Notes under the pieces: generated by a model | Told to the model about the DNA's origin: nothing | Databases searched by the model: none | What the model saw: the letters and a program-made list of their open reading frames with translations, nothing else | Translations under genes and position numbers: made by a program | Origin: Zootoca vivipara | Taxonomy: Eukaryota | NCBI RefSeq assembly: GCF_963506605.1 | Contig: NC_083283.1 | Location: forward strand, 6,944,001-7,008,000 | Direction of reading: 5' to 3' | DNA: 64,000 bases | Shown here: in pieces, positions 13,397 to 24,562 of the stretch | How the letters are laid out: every line of letters begins with the position of its first letter | How positions within the stretch are numbered: position 1 is the first letter of the stretch

Positions 13397-13497
13397 TAAG
13401 AAAGTTAGTGAGAGTTCTCAGTTCTATTTTCTACAGTGAGCATGCTCTACATGCTCCCTGTAGAAAATAGAACTGAGAACTCTCACTAACTTTCTTA
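13397..13497. repeat. Near-perfect 101-bp inverted repeat (hairpin)
   Basis: 40-bp perfect arms TAAGAAAG...TTCTACAG / CTGTAGAA...CTTTCTTA, one mismatch, 7 more pairs, and a 5-nt loop CTCTA. Confidence 0.95.
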
Positions 13498-13594
13498 ATG
13501 CCTTTATTGAGCTTTCGATGTTAAGTGATGCCCACTGTAGTCTTGGATGGCAGTTATAACGAGGTCCCATATCCAGACCGACTTTGTATATGTG

Positions 13595-13806
13595 TAGGTA
13601 GCCGTGTTGGTCTGAGTCGAAGCAAAATAAAAAAATTCCTTCAGTAGCACCTTAAAGACCAACTAAGTTTATATTTTGGTATGAGCTTTCGTGTGCATGC
13701 ACGAAATGTGGTGTATCTGAAGAAGTGTGCATGCACACAAAAGCTCATACCAAAATATAAACTTAGTTGGTCTTTAAGGTGCTACTGAAGGAATTTTTTT
13801 ATTTTG
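13595..13806. mobile_element. Penelope-like element terminus in inverted (fold-back) configuration
   Basis: ~79-bp inverted arms (13623-13701 / 13727-13806), essentially identical to the 3' end of the GIY-YIG Penelope at 60.9-61.0k; TTTGTATATGTG is duplicated on both sides. Confidence 0.88.
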
Positions 13807-13885
13807 TATATGTGGTCAAACTCAGGGAGAAGACGTCACTCATTTTCTGTTAGTCTGCCAGGAGCTTTCCGTATTTATGGAAGCA

Positions 13886-14857
13886 TTACAACTGTTCTTG
13901 AACTGGGAGTTCCAGTTCCTCTCTACTGACCTCTTCTTCCTTAAAAACGTTTTGGAGAATGACCTTTATGCTCTCCCTACATAGATCTACCTTCCGTTTC
14001 CCAACCTGGAAATGAATCAGTGGCTTAACGCTGCTGTTAAAGGAGGCAGAAAATAAACGCAACTCCATGTGATGGGCATGTGGAACAGGGAAATATGTGA
14101 TGTATAAGGCATTCAGTGGCAAATCAAAGAAGAGAGAGAAAAGGAGGATAAATAAGATGGCTGTTAAAAGTTTCCGTCGCTCTTGCTGCTGTGATTTCAG
14201 GTAGACTTTGTTGAAGAGGCTGAGAGCAGAGATAATCATGACTGGGGTGCAAACCAAGACACTCACAATAAACTGGTAGTACATTTGGGGATAAAATTCA
14301 GTATGGAGAGTAAGGACAATAGCACAAATCAGGAAGGAGAAGAGCCATATTGCAGCGCACACACCAGTGGACCACTGTAGGGGGCGGTGACAATGATGCC
14401 AAGCTGGGTAATAGACTGACACACACCCGTCAATGCTGACGGCCATCATTAGAAGCTGACTGACACTGTACATCAACAGGAAGAGCTCTAGAGCTATTGG
14501 GAAAATAACTGAAGGAACGAAGGTGCCTTCCTTAAAAAATCCTACAGCAAGAAACGCGATAAGGCATACCAGGACCCCAAAGTCAGCAGCAGCCACGTTC
14601 AGGATGTAGGTGCTGAAAGGATTCTTTGCAATGCAGAAGCTAAGGAACCAAAAGACAGTTCCATTGCCCAGAAGTCCAAAAATGCAGATTAAAAAGACGA
14701 AGACAGAAAAAACAATCCTTCCTAAATTGTCGTAGAGGATCCCCTCTGTCCTATTATCAGAGGGGTTCTTGACTGGAATTGCAGTGGTATATATTCCGTG
14801 ATAACCCAGTTCCACATCCGTTGGGAACGTAAGCACATGGCTGGTATTGGTTACCAT
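13886..14857 (-). CDS. MAS-related GPCR (MRGPR/MAS1-like), 323 aa, divergent signalling motifs
   Basis: 7TM ORF with GLLGNGTVFW, FSTYILNVAAADF, PAWHHCHRP and NSSVKPLIH. First ATG is at 14857 (the track starts at a non-ATG codon, 14875). Acceptor TCTCTTCTTTTACCTTAG at ~14911. Confidence 0.9.
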   Translation of the reverse strand: MVTNTSHVLTFPTDVELGYHGIYTTAIPVKNPSDNRTEGILYDNLGRIVFSVFVFLICIFGLLGNGTVFWFLSFCIAKNPFSTYILNVAAADFGVLVCLIAFLAVGFFKEGTFVPSVIFPIALELFLLMYSVSQLLMMAVSIDGCVSVYYPAWHHCHRPLQWSTGVCAAIWLFSFLICAIVLTLHTEFYPQMYYQFIVSVLVCTPVMIISALSLFNKVYLKSQQQERRKLLTAILFILLFSLFFDLPLNALYITYFPVPHAHHMELRLFSASFNSSVKPLIHFQVGKRKVDLCRESIKVILQNVFKEEEVSREELELPVQEQL

Positions 14858-15269
14858 GTTCAATATCTGCTTCAATTCCCCCCCCCCCTCTTCTGAGACA
14901 AGTACTGGTTCTAAGGTAAAAGAAGAGAGAGGAGAATTAATTTCCTGGCATGGTGCTTAATAAGCAATGATGTGGCTAAAATGTCCAGCCTGGTATAAGT
15001 GACCTCATGCACTGAGACCATTTGAAAAATGCATTATTAATGTATTTTACTTAGATGAAATGTTTGATTGGAGGGTGTGTGTGTGTTTTTAACCCTATAT
15101 GCTCACTGCATTTGCTTCCCTCTCCAACCATGCTGCAGAGAGCAGTTGTTGTTCAATGTTGCTTTGCCAGCACATACCCTATGAAAGACAAGCTAGAAAA
15201 GCATTTCCCTATACCTAGCAGTGTCACAATGCTTGCAAGAGGGCTTTCAAACAGCCCTATACTGCACTT

Positions 15270-15964
15270 ATATGCAACCGGAGGGAATGGAATACATAAC
15301 ACATATGCAATTGTCTCTGAAGAGGCGAATAAGATTCAAAAAGTGCCAAGTTCAATGTGCAAAAAGTCCAATGTAATAAGGTGCTAAGGTCTCTCAGACG
15401 TCCTCGTCTGCCCTCCAACGGGCGGCTAGCTTGTGTTCTCCCCATAAATATCTTCAGGATACTTGCAAGACCTACTGTATTTTTGTATGCTTGTACTTTT
15501 AAAGCCCATATTGGTGTATGTTAATTTATTGCCCTGTCATGATTGGTAGTGTTAAGAATTGTATTTAACCTTGAAATTTATTGTTGGATTTTGCTTTGCC
15601 AATCAGGAACCCTTGAGGTTTGTGAGCATTTTCAGCCTCATTAAGTTTTAGTGTATGAACATGTTAGCGAGTAACTTTTAGATATTATCATGTTTATGTA
15701 CTTAAAAGTGATATGTAAATGCTTACAGAGTGTATTGTAAATATTACCTAAGATGAAGTCCGTCCCTTGAAGAAACTGTACCAGTGAAACGGGGAGAACA
15801 CAAGCTAGCCGCCCGTCGGAGGACAGATGAGGACGTCTGAGAGGCCTTAGCACCTTATTACATTGGACTTTTTGCACATTGAACTTGGCACTTTTTGAAT
15901 CTTATTTGCCTCTTCAGAGACAATTGCATAAGTGTTGTGTGTTCCATTCCCTCCAGTTGCATAT
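15270..15964 (+). mobile_element. Putative Penelope-like fragment with ~170-bp inverted repeat arms
   Basis: 15270-15442 is the reverse complement of 15791-15964 with few mismatches; a hammerhead-like motif overlaps the start of the right arm. Confidence 0.7.
15758..15824 (+). ncRNA. Type I hammerhead ribozyme-like motif (variant core)
   Basis: GUCC(G)UCC - CUUGAAGA - A - ACUG/uac/CAGU - GAAA - CGGG...CCCG-UC - GGAGGAC. All three stems pair; the core has an extra or substituted U. Confidence 0.55.
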
Positions 15965-16268
15965 ACTGTATATGATTTAGTGTTTTCACGGTCTTTGATA
16001 TTCATTCTATTCATTCTGTAGTATTACCGTGTTGTCTGTTGTTGGTCACTCTACTGCACTTTGGCTATGTCTGCCTGTTTGCAGCAAGAGAACACAAGTG
16101 CATAGTCAAACCGAGGGACATTGAACATTCTGCTCACCACTTGCAATCTCAGTATTTTTGTTTGTTCCTTAGAATTCCTGACCAACACTGCGTGCCTTTG
16201 GGGGTCATCAGTTCAGTGCTTACTTTAGAGGTGGTGCAGATTTTTCATTTCTCTTTTAGCACCTACTA

Positions 16269-16365
16269 CAGGCATCCCCAAACTGCGGCCCTCCAGGACC
16301 AGTGGTTGGGGAAGATGGGAATTGTAGTCCTAAACATCTGGAGGGCCGAAGTTTGGGGATGCCTG
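16269..16365. mobile_element. hAT MITE (internally shortened)
   Basis: TIR CAGGCATCCCCAAACT / AGTTTGGGGATGCCTG; 8-bp TSD ACCTA(C/G)TA. Confidence 0.85.
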
Positions 16366-17016
16366 ACCTAGTACTTCTGAAAAATGCTGCGTGCTACTCC
16401 CGATGGTTGTTTTACTCTGATGTCGCAACCAGCTCTATTTCCCTTTCTAAAATGTCTGTAATTTAAAACCCCGATGTCTGCCTGCCTGTGCAGGTGACCA
16501 TTGCTATATCCCACCCCTCCCAATGCCTCCGGATAATGCTAGCATTGTGATGGGCATCACGGTACATCATGGGCAGGGAACTGGTGGCCTTACAGATGTT
16601 GTTGGTCAGCGGTCAGCGATGAAGCCCAGTGATGATGGGCTTCTGCCACAGGTTATCCACCTCTCCTGCCTATGGAGCTTTATAGAGTAGCATAAGAAAA
16701 AGACACCACTTCCTGTCCCAAGGAACACACAGTGTAACTATTAAAAGTGGGTGGCATAAGAAAAGGAATGGAAGAGGAGAGACTAGAGTAACAAACAACA
16801 AAATAGTAAGCAATAACATTGAACATATAACTTTGGAAATAGCTGGGGTTCATTACGGTTAAGATGATTTCAAGCTAAAGGCCTCTTGGGATTTATCCCA
16901 GGAGTAGTCAACAATATACCCTCAAGTTGCAGCTTGACTACAACTCCCATAATCCCTGACAATTGGGATGTCAACCCTGATGTGAGTTGAGGTCCGTAAC
17001 ATCTGGAGGGCAGCAC

Positions 17017-17229
17017 NNNNNNNNNNNNNNNNNNNNNNNNNNNNNNNNNNNNNNNNNNNNNNNNNNNNNNNNNNNNNNNNNNNNNNNNNNNNNNNNNNNN
17101 NNNNNNNNNNNNNNNNNNNNNNNNNNNNNNNNNNNNNNNNNNNNNNNNNNNNNNNNNNNNNNNNNNNNNNNNNNNNNNNNNNNNNNNNNNNNNNNNNNNN
17201 NNNNNNNNNNNNNNNNNNNNNNNNNNNNN
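17017..17229. other. Assembly gap (N run)
   Basis: Ns. Confidence 1.
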
Positions 17230-17756
17230 ACCACAGCAGAGAAGACATCCCAATAAAATATTTAATTTCCTACCTTCTACTTATACAAACTTTTCAAAAC
17301 AGGGAGAAAACAGGTCTGAGGTGCACACCAGAAATTCATAGTCCCGGTCTCCAAGATGTCCTCTGGCTTCAAAATGCTTTCTCCTCAATCAGCATTGAGC
17401 ACCTCTCTGAAGAAAGTCAGCATGGCTTCTGCTTCATCCAGGGTGGAGCACAGAACACACATCATAGTGCAATTACCAACCAAAGCATTAGTGGATGCTC
17501 CATTAGCAATGGGCAGAGTTCTTTCACTCTTCCTGGATGATTTGGCAACCTTCTAAGTGTGGGGCAAATTGTCTCCTGAAATGCAGGTCTCAAGAGAAAT
17601 TTGCACTCTGGACCTGAGAAAATTGTGCGTGCTTCCAAGGTATGATAAAACACTTATGCAAAGCTTTAAGTGGGAGCTCCGAGGACTTCTAGGTTGTTCC
17701 TCATACTCTGAGAAGAACATTTCCCCACATATTTCTTTAGCAAATATGCTAACTAG

Positions 17757-19240
17757 CAACAACAACAACTACAATAATGATAATTATTATTTATACCCCG
17801 CCCATCTGGCTGGGTTTCCCCAGCCACTCTGGGCGGCTTCCAAGAGAAATATTAAAATACACTAATTTCTTAAAAATTAAAAGCTTCCCTAAACAGGGCT
17901 GCCTTCAGATGTCTTCTAAAGTCTGGTAGTTGCTTTTCTTTTTGATATCTGTTGGGATGGCGTTCCACAGGGCGGGTGCCACTACCGAGAAGGCCCTCTG
18001 CCTGGTTCCCTGTAACTTGGCTTCTCGCAGCGAGGGAACCGCCAGAAGGCCCTCGGCACTGGACCTCAGTGTCCAGGCAGAGTGATGGAGGTAGAGACGC
18101 TCCTTCAGGTATACTGGACCAAGGCCATTTAGGGCTTTAAAGGTCAGCACCAACACTTTGAATTGTGCTCGGAAATGTACTGGGAGCCAATGCAGGTCTT
18201 TCAAGACCGGTGTTATGTGGTCTCGGCAGCTGCTCCCAGTCACCAGTCTAGCTGCCGCATTCTGGATTAATTGTAGTTTCCGGGTCACCTTCAAAGGTAG
18301 CCCCACGTAGAGCGCATTGCAGTAGTCCAAGCGAGAGATAACTAGAACATGCACCACTCTGGCGAGACAGTCCGCGGGCAGATAGGGTTTCAGCCTGCGT
18401 ACCAGATGGAGCTGATAAACAGCTGCCCTGGATACAGAATTAACCTGTGCCTCCATGGAAATCTGTGAGTCCAAAATGACTCCCAGGCTGCGCACCTGGT
18501 CCTTCAAGGGCACAATTACCCCATTCAGGACCAGGGAGTCCCCCACACCTGCCCGCCTCCTGTCCCCCACAAACAGTACTTCTGTCTTGTCAAGATTCAA
18601 CCTCAATCTGTTAGCTGCCATCCAACCTCCAACCGCCTCCAGACACTCACACAGGACCTTCACTGCCTTCACTGGTTCTGATTTGAAAGAGAGGTAGAGC
18701 TGGGTATCATCCACATACTGATGAACACCCAGTCCAAACCCTCTGATGATTTCTCCCAGCGGCTGCATGTAGATGTTAAAAAGCATGGGGGAGAGGACAG
18801 AACCCTGAGGCACCCCACAAGTGAGAGCCCAGGGGTCTGAGCACTCATCCCCCACCACCACTTTCTGAACATGGCCTAGGAGGAAGGAGCGGAACCACTG
18901 TTTGACAGTGCCCCCAGCTCCCAACCCCTCTAGACGGTCCAGAAGGATGTTATGGTCGATGGTGTCAAAAGCCACTGAAAGATCCAGCAGAACTAGGAAA
19001 CAGCTCTCACCTTTGTCCCTAGCCTGCCGGAGATCATCAACCAGTGCAACCAAGGCAGTTTCAGTCCCATGATGAGGCCTGAATCCCGACTGGAAGGGAT
19101 CCAAATGGTCCGCTTCTTCCAGGCATGCCTGGAGTTGTTCAGCAACCACTCGCTTAATCACCTTGCCCAAGAATGGAAGATTTGAGACTGGGCGATAGCT
19201 GGCCATATTGGCCGCATCTAAAGATGTTTTTTTAAGAAGC
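17757..19240 (-). mobile_element. L2-clade LINE, 5'-truncated, open reverse transcriptase domain
   Basis: ORF 17905-19257: YRPVSNLPFLGKV, FQSGFR, LLDLSVAFDTIDH, GVPQGSVLSP, YVDDTQLY, RLDYCNALY, LHWLPV; microsatellite tail. Confidence 0.93.
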
Positions 19241-19271
19241 AATGTGTGGAAAGACAATGTGTTTTGGTAAA

Positions 19272-19272
19272 A

Positions 19273-19309
<37 letters not shown>

Positions 19310-19405
19310 GCAGCAACAGTTTAATGCCTCTCTTTACTTTTCAGTGATTTTGGCAAGCTTTCTACAAATACAACTCAAATTGTTTGTTTGTTTGTTTGTT
19401 TGTTT
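19272..19405. repeat. (ATT)n and (TTTG)n microsatellites
   Basis: Direct reading. Confidence 0.9.
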
Positions 19406-20268
19406 GCAACAGTTTGTATCCAGCCTAGTTCAGGTGTAATAGAAGGAAGGTGAAGGAAAAGGGAAATTCTAAGCAGATCAAGAGATTCCTCCTTGGTGAA
19501 GGAATCTGAGACATTTCAAGAGAAAACAGAATATGGTGGGGTGGAATGTCAGGAAACGTTCTGCATATTCGTAAATAGTTGATTGGCACTGCAAGTGCAT
19601 CAAAGAGAAGAGTAATGATTAGGGAATTGATGAATCTAGGGGTGAACTCTCATCACCTATCAGCTGCTGCTGCAGAAGGAGCACTTGCTCTGGAAGAGAG
19701 AAGCGGTTGCAGTTGAATGGAACCTCTTTCCCATTCCAATAACTGCTCCTTGTACCTCTGAAAATTTGAGGTTCAAAGTGCAGGACAGGGATGTTTGCAA
19801 AAGGCCCCACCCACCCACCAAATGTGGCCTGCCATTGGTGGTAGAGAGGCATCTAGCCTGCCAGCCAGAAAAGGTTTCCTTCCTCAATCTTGCTATAAGA
19901 AAAAAGGCAGATGTGGATTCCGTTCCTGCAAGGAGATCCTTCAGACACAATGTTCAGCCTCTCGTACAAGGGTGTCTAACTTTTGACCCTTCCGATATCA
20001 GATTCCATCTCCCATCACCCCTGATCTTCTGTCACCTACAACCACTGGCAGAGGAAGGTGGGGGCGGGGGAGTGGTCCCCTCAGGGTAGCATCCCAGGTG
20101 GGGTGCCATTGTGGCCGCCCCCAGACGCGCACTGCACACCCCATCGTGCCGGGCGCCATGCCCCTGCAGGCAGTGCACCACACCCTCGGGACGCACGCCA
20201 GCCACACCCCCGCCTGTTCTCCACTCCTGGTGCCAGAGCATGCAGCTCCCACACTGCCTACAACCTAC

Positions 20269-20358
20269 CATAGCTGCCAAGTTTTCCCTTTTCTCACGAG
20301 GAAGCCTATTCAGTATAAGGGAAAATCCCTTAAAATAAGGGATAACTTGGCAGCTATG
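20269..20358. mobile_element. 90-bp hAT MITE
   Basis: TIR CATAGCTGCCAAGTT / AACTTGGCAGCTATG; perfect 8-bp TSD CAACCTAC. Confidence 0.9.
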
Positions 20359-20759
20359 CAACCTACCCTGGGGGTTTCTAGTGCCTTCAGAAACCTGGTC
20401 TGTTTCTTCTCTATCAGAAAGAACTGATAAGCCTCTTACGGTATTGAGTTCATACTTCAGTAACATATCTAAATGCTCCATGTAATATCAGGGTTTCAGT
20501 CATACAGTTTCTTTCTTAGATTCAGGGACCACCTGTCCTAACATGTGCCTCTGTCTCTTTGACCCAACATATACCTCCCCTTTGCCCTTAACCTCCTAGG
20601 CAGAACCTGCCAGAAGCTATTTATCCAAACTCCCTTGTAGATCAAAGTTTCTGTTCAACAACCCCTTGACAATTTCCCTGAGCAGCATGTGCAGAAACCA
20701 CATTTTTGACCATTGGACTTACTATTGGTTTTGTGCGCTCAATCTGCTAGAGCCTGTCT

Positions 20760-20960
20760 TTGTAGGGCAAAGGAAGTTCCAATTCACTGAGGGTTTGAGA
20801 CCCATTGGCTACTCTCACCTGGTTTAGCCAGCCAGTTGAAGCCGTTTCCCAGGGTGTGGCTGTTTTCACATGCTGGCAGCTTCTAGGACCCACAGCTGAG
20901 AGCTGACTGCAGGGTGGGGACCAAAGGTGGCCAAACTACCATAAAAGGGGCATGACTTGT
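20760..20960. mobile_element. Probable RTE-clade LINE/SINE untranslated fragment
   Basis: CTCTCACCTGGTTTAGCCAGCCAGTTGAAGCCGTTTCCCAGGGTGTGGCTG...GCAGCTTCTAGGACCCACAG resembles RTE-type repeats from memory; not verified. Confidence 0.4.
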
Positions 20961-21506
20961 CCCCCACCAGAGGTACTACCCCTCCCCCAACATCCCATAC
21001 AACATTGCATACAATTTGCCACTGTAAAACCACACATTCTTCAAGCTGTAACATTTGGAGTTTCTTACATGCAAGGTCTACTCAGCAGTACAGACCAGCA
21101 ATCTTCCAAAAATAAATAAAAGTGAATTTCTAATACTATCCCTAGTTTGAATGGCAGATGATGGCAAGATTTATAGAGAAGCATTTGCACTTATTACTCC
21201 TGATATCTCATGAAAGGAGCTGAAAGATGTACGTTATGCTTTATGTCTTGGCTTAATCAGTTGGCCAACAACATCTGACAAGAAGACATCCTTTTACTGG
21301 CTGTCAAGATAACCATCAATGAGTTTAGGAGGAGATTCTAGCCCTGAAAGTCTTTGTGTTCTCTAACATTTAATTTCCACAACCTAGCACCCTTACTAGC
21401 TGGAATAGAATCTAATAATTCAGTATTATGCTTCTCTTGGAACAAACACTTCATATAGCAGAGTTCAGCAGCTGGAATTATGTTTAATGTTACATAAAAT
21501 GCAGTA

Positions 21507-21728
21507 CAGTTGTACCTCTACTTACGAATAACTCTACTTACAAATGGAGCTCCGTCTGCCATCTTGGATGCGGTTTAGATTTTTTCTACTTACGAATTTT
21601 TAGATAGGATTTTTTCTACTTACGAATTTTTTCTCCCAATGCATTCCTATGGGATTCGACTTACAATTTTTTTCTACTTACAAATGTGTGTTCAGAACGT
21701 ATTAAATTCGTAAGTAGAGGTACCACTG
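21507..21728. mobile_element. Tc1/mariner-Tigger-type MITE
   Basis: TIR CAGTTGTACCTCTACTTACGAAT / ATTCGTAAGTAGAGGTACCACTG flanked by TA; internal CTACTTACGAA repeats. Confidence 0.88.
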
Positions 21729-22062
21729 TATTTGAAATCACATTATGTTTGAGTTGTTGTAAAAAGAATAAACCTATATTTTTCCGTGATGTATTTCCAC
21801 ACAAGGGTAGGGCAATCTAGGTCTTGTGATTCAGATCACAAGTGTTAGGGCTGTAACTTGAGTATTATACCAAAGTTTGCATGTGAATAGGGTTTGCCTC
21901 AGAGCAGAGACACGCAGAAACAGCACACAGGCAGTGTCTCTCCCTGGGCATCGGCTGAAGCACAGAAGTGAACAAGAGGGAGAGAATGCTTTGGTTTCTA
22001 GCTATATTTTCTTCTGTAAATATGTTTAGAATAATCACACTAGGACCAATGTAGATAGAGTT

Positions 22063-22200
22063 AGTTACAGGTAGGTAGCCATGTTGGTCTGACGTAGTCA
22101 AAACAAAATAAAAAAATCCTTCCAGTAGCACCTTAGAGACCAACTAAGTTTATCATTGATATGAACTTTTGCGTGCATGCACACTTCTTCAGATACACTG
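22063..22200 (-). mobile_element. Penelope-like 3' terminus with a degenerate hammerhead motif
   Basis: Same family as 60.9k; 13-bp TSD TGTAGATAGAGTT (22050-22062, 22201-22213). Confidence 0.85.
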
Positions 22201-22586
22201 TGTAGATAGAGTTTGTGAGACTGGAACAATTGCAAAAGATTTATTGTTTTTGTAACATTGGAACCAAGTTTCAGCAAGGAAAGCTTGAAAACTTATTTTT
22301 CCTGTGTTGAAGAATTTATTTCTAGACTAGAGTCAGATTAGAGAGAAATATTCCGCTCACAATATATATCTGGCAAAAACCACCACAAGAATAACAAAAA
22401 AATTAAAAATTCATAATAGTCATACAAATCTTTGGCAGAGCAACCAACATGACTTTGCAGAGGAGTCTACATTTCATCCACGGAAAAATCAATGATTTCT
22501 GCATACACCTCTTTCCATACCTTATTGAGATAAGCAAGCTATATCATCGCAGCATAAAGAAATATTACAGTCAGACAACAGCATTC

Positions 22587-23546
22587 TTATGTAAGGATCA
22601 TAAGTGGATTTGAAATGGGACGGTCCATTTCCTGTCCGTTGTCTTCCTCCACATTCAAAGCCCTCTGGAGAATGACCTGTAGGCTCTCTTTGGATCGACC
22701 TCGCTTCTTCCTCCCAACCAGAAAATAGATCAAGGGGTTAGCACTGCTGTTTAGGGTGGCACACAAAAAAGCATAATGGTGTAGATCAGGAATGTCAAAA
22801 TCTAGAAAATGATTAAGGGCAATAAGGGCATCAAGTGGAAAAGCAAGTACGAGGAAGAAGAGAAGAGTAAGTAAAATAACCATTAAAAGCCTTCCCCGCT
22901 TTTGCTGGTGTGATTTAAAGCAGACTTTGATGAATAAGATCACCGTTGAAATTGTCATCAGTGCGAGGCAGAGCAGGGCAGACAAGAGTAATTGGAAGCT
23001 TGCTGTGACGTAATAGCTAAATATGCTAAATAATTGGAGAATGTAGAGAACTATGGTGAACAGAAAGCAGAGGACCCATATGAGGGAACACACAGTGGTG
23101 GACAGATGTGTCGGCCGGTGGCACCGATGCCAAATAGGGAAGAGCACAGACACACATCTGTCAATGCTGATGGCTGTTAGGAGAAGTAGATCAGTGTTGT
23201 ACGTGAACATTAAGAGATGAAGAGTTATTAAAGAAGCATCTTTGCCTAGACCAGTCAAAGCAATACAATGATATATTTCTACAGTCATGAGGAAGGCAAA
23301 GTCAGCAACAGCCAAGTTCAGGATGTAGGTGGTGAACTGGTTCTTCTTAGTGCAGAAGCTAAGAAGCCAAATGGTGGTTCCATTTCCCAAAAATCCAGCA
23401 CAACAGATAACCAAAGTGAACATATAGAAAATAGCTTCTTTTAATGGATTAGACCAGTCATTTTCTTGGCCAGTATATGAGCTATTAAGGTCATAATCTG
23501 CCCAAGCCGCCATATCAGATCTGGAAGTCCAGCTGCTATTTGCCAT
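22587..23546 (-). CDS. MAS-related GPCR (MRGPR/MAS1-like), 319 aa
   Basis: GFLGNG, TTYILNLAVADF, AISIDRCVSVLFPIWHRCHRP, NSSANPLIYFLVG. ATG at 23546; acceptor TTTTCTTTCTCTCAG at ~23604. Confidence 0.95.
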   Translation of the reverse strand: MANSSWTSRSDMAAWADYDLNSSYTGQENDWSNPLKEAIFYMFTLVICCAGFLGNGTTIWLLSFCTKKNQFTTYILNLAVADFAFLMTVEIYHCIALTGLGKDASLITLHLLMFTYNTDLLLLTAISIDRCVSVLFPIWHRCHRPTHLSTTVCSLIWVLCFLFTIVLYILQLFSIFSYYVTASFQLLLSALLCLALMTISTVILFIKVCFKSHQQKRGRLLMVILLTLLFFLVLAFPLDALIALNHFLDFDIPDLHHYAFLCATLNSSANPLIYFLVGRKKRGRSKESLQVILQRALNVEEDNGQEMDRPISNPLMILT

Positions 23547-24289
23547 CTTGCTCACTTGCTCCTTGTGGGATCCTTATCTCTTCTCCTGGAGTACGAGTGC
23601 CCACTGAGAGAAAGAAAATGTTACATAGAACATTTCAAGTGGAACAGTTCAAGTGGAATTCCATACATGACCCAGAATGATGTGTTCTTTTCGGTTTGGC
23701 TTTGCTCAGAGACTTGAGGGTGGGGCTATTGCAAAGGAATCAGAAAAGGTCATTGTAGTCCATGCTGTCTTACTTCGATCAAAATCCACTCCCATCAGTA
23801 GACACTCTAGCAGATCCCTTTCAATATCCTTCCAGAATACATGCTATATAGGGGCATTTCCTTCCAATAACCTATAAGAATAAGATTGGTGGAACATTTT
23901 GATTGTCAATGGACACACTGACCCATCACCAATCCTCTGGGGGACAAATGTCAAAGTAGGTATGGCTGAACCCAACCAATTCATTTCCATTTGCCTCATT
24001 AAATACTTCGCCATCTCTTTACAAGGTACTCATTATTTATTGCCCCTTTATTCATGTCCACCCCTTTTGAGATACCATATTAATTTCCACCCCATCCACC
24101 CACATCTGCTTTCCCTCTTTCTCTTCCACCCATATGAGAAGGTCTGAAGCTCATGGAGAACATGTCTGCTTTGTATTCAGAAGGTACAAAAACTGACCCC
24201 CAGCATTTCCAGGTAGATAGGGGAATGTCCTCCCTGAACCAATGAGCTCCACAACCAGTCAGGGAAGATAATAATAGTTATTATTAACC

Positions 24290-24438
24290 TAGAGCATGAG
24301 ACTGGTTGAGCAAGAGACTCTTAATCTCAGGGTTGTGAGTTTGAGCCCCACTTTGGTTGAAAGATTCCTGCATTGCAGGGGCTTGGAGTAGATGGTCCTC
24401 GTGTTGCTTACCAACTCTACAATTCTGTGATTTTATGA
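24290..24438 (+). mobile_element. tRNA-derived SINE with CR1-like tail (Squam2-like); paralogous tails at 33269 and 42437
   Basis: GAGACTCTTAATCTCAGGGTTGTGAGTTTGAGCCCCAC (tRNA-Lys-like head) followed by GATTCCTGCATTGCAGGG...CCAACTCTACAATTCTGTGATT. Confidence 0.7.
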
Positions 24439-24472
24439 TGTATTCTACAATACCTGCAAAAACACACCATGC

Positions 24473-24562
24473 CATAGCTGCCAAGTTTTCCCTTTTCTCG
24501 CGAGGAAGCCTATTCAGCATAAGGGGAAATCCCTTTAAAAAAGGGATAACTTGGCAGCTATG
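24473..24562. mobile_element. 90-bp hAT MITE (same family as 20269)
   Basis: Same TIRs; TSD CACCATGC; the paralogous empty site at ~42539 has a single CACCATGC. Confidence 0.92.

Noticed and set aside
14858-14875. Non-ATG N-terminal extensions in the ORF track (also 23555, 55139, 62247)
   Set aside because: These TTG/GTG starts come from a prokaryote-style caller; the first in-frame ATG was used instead.
6116-17256. ORFs spanning N runs
   Set aside because: Artefacts of assembly gaps.
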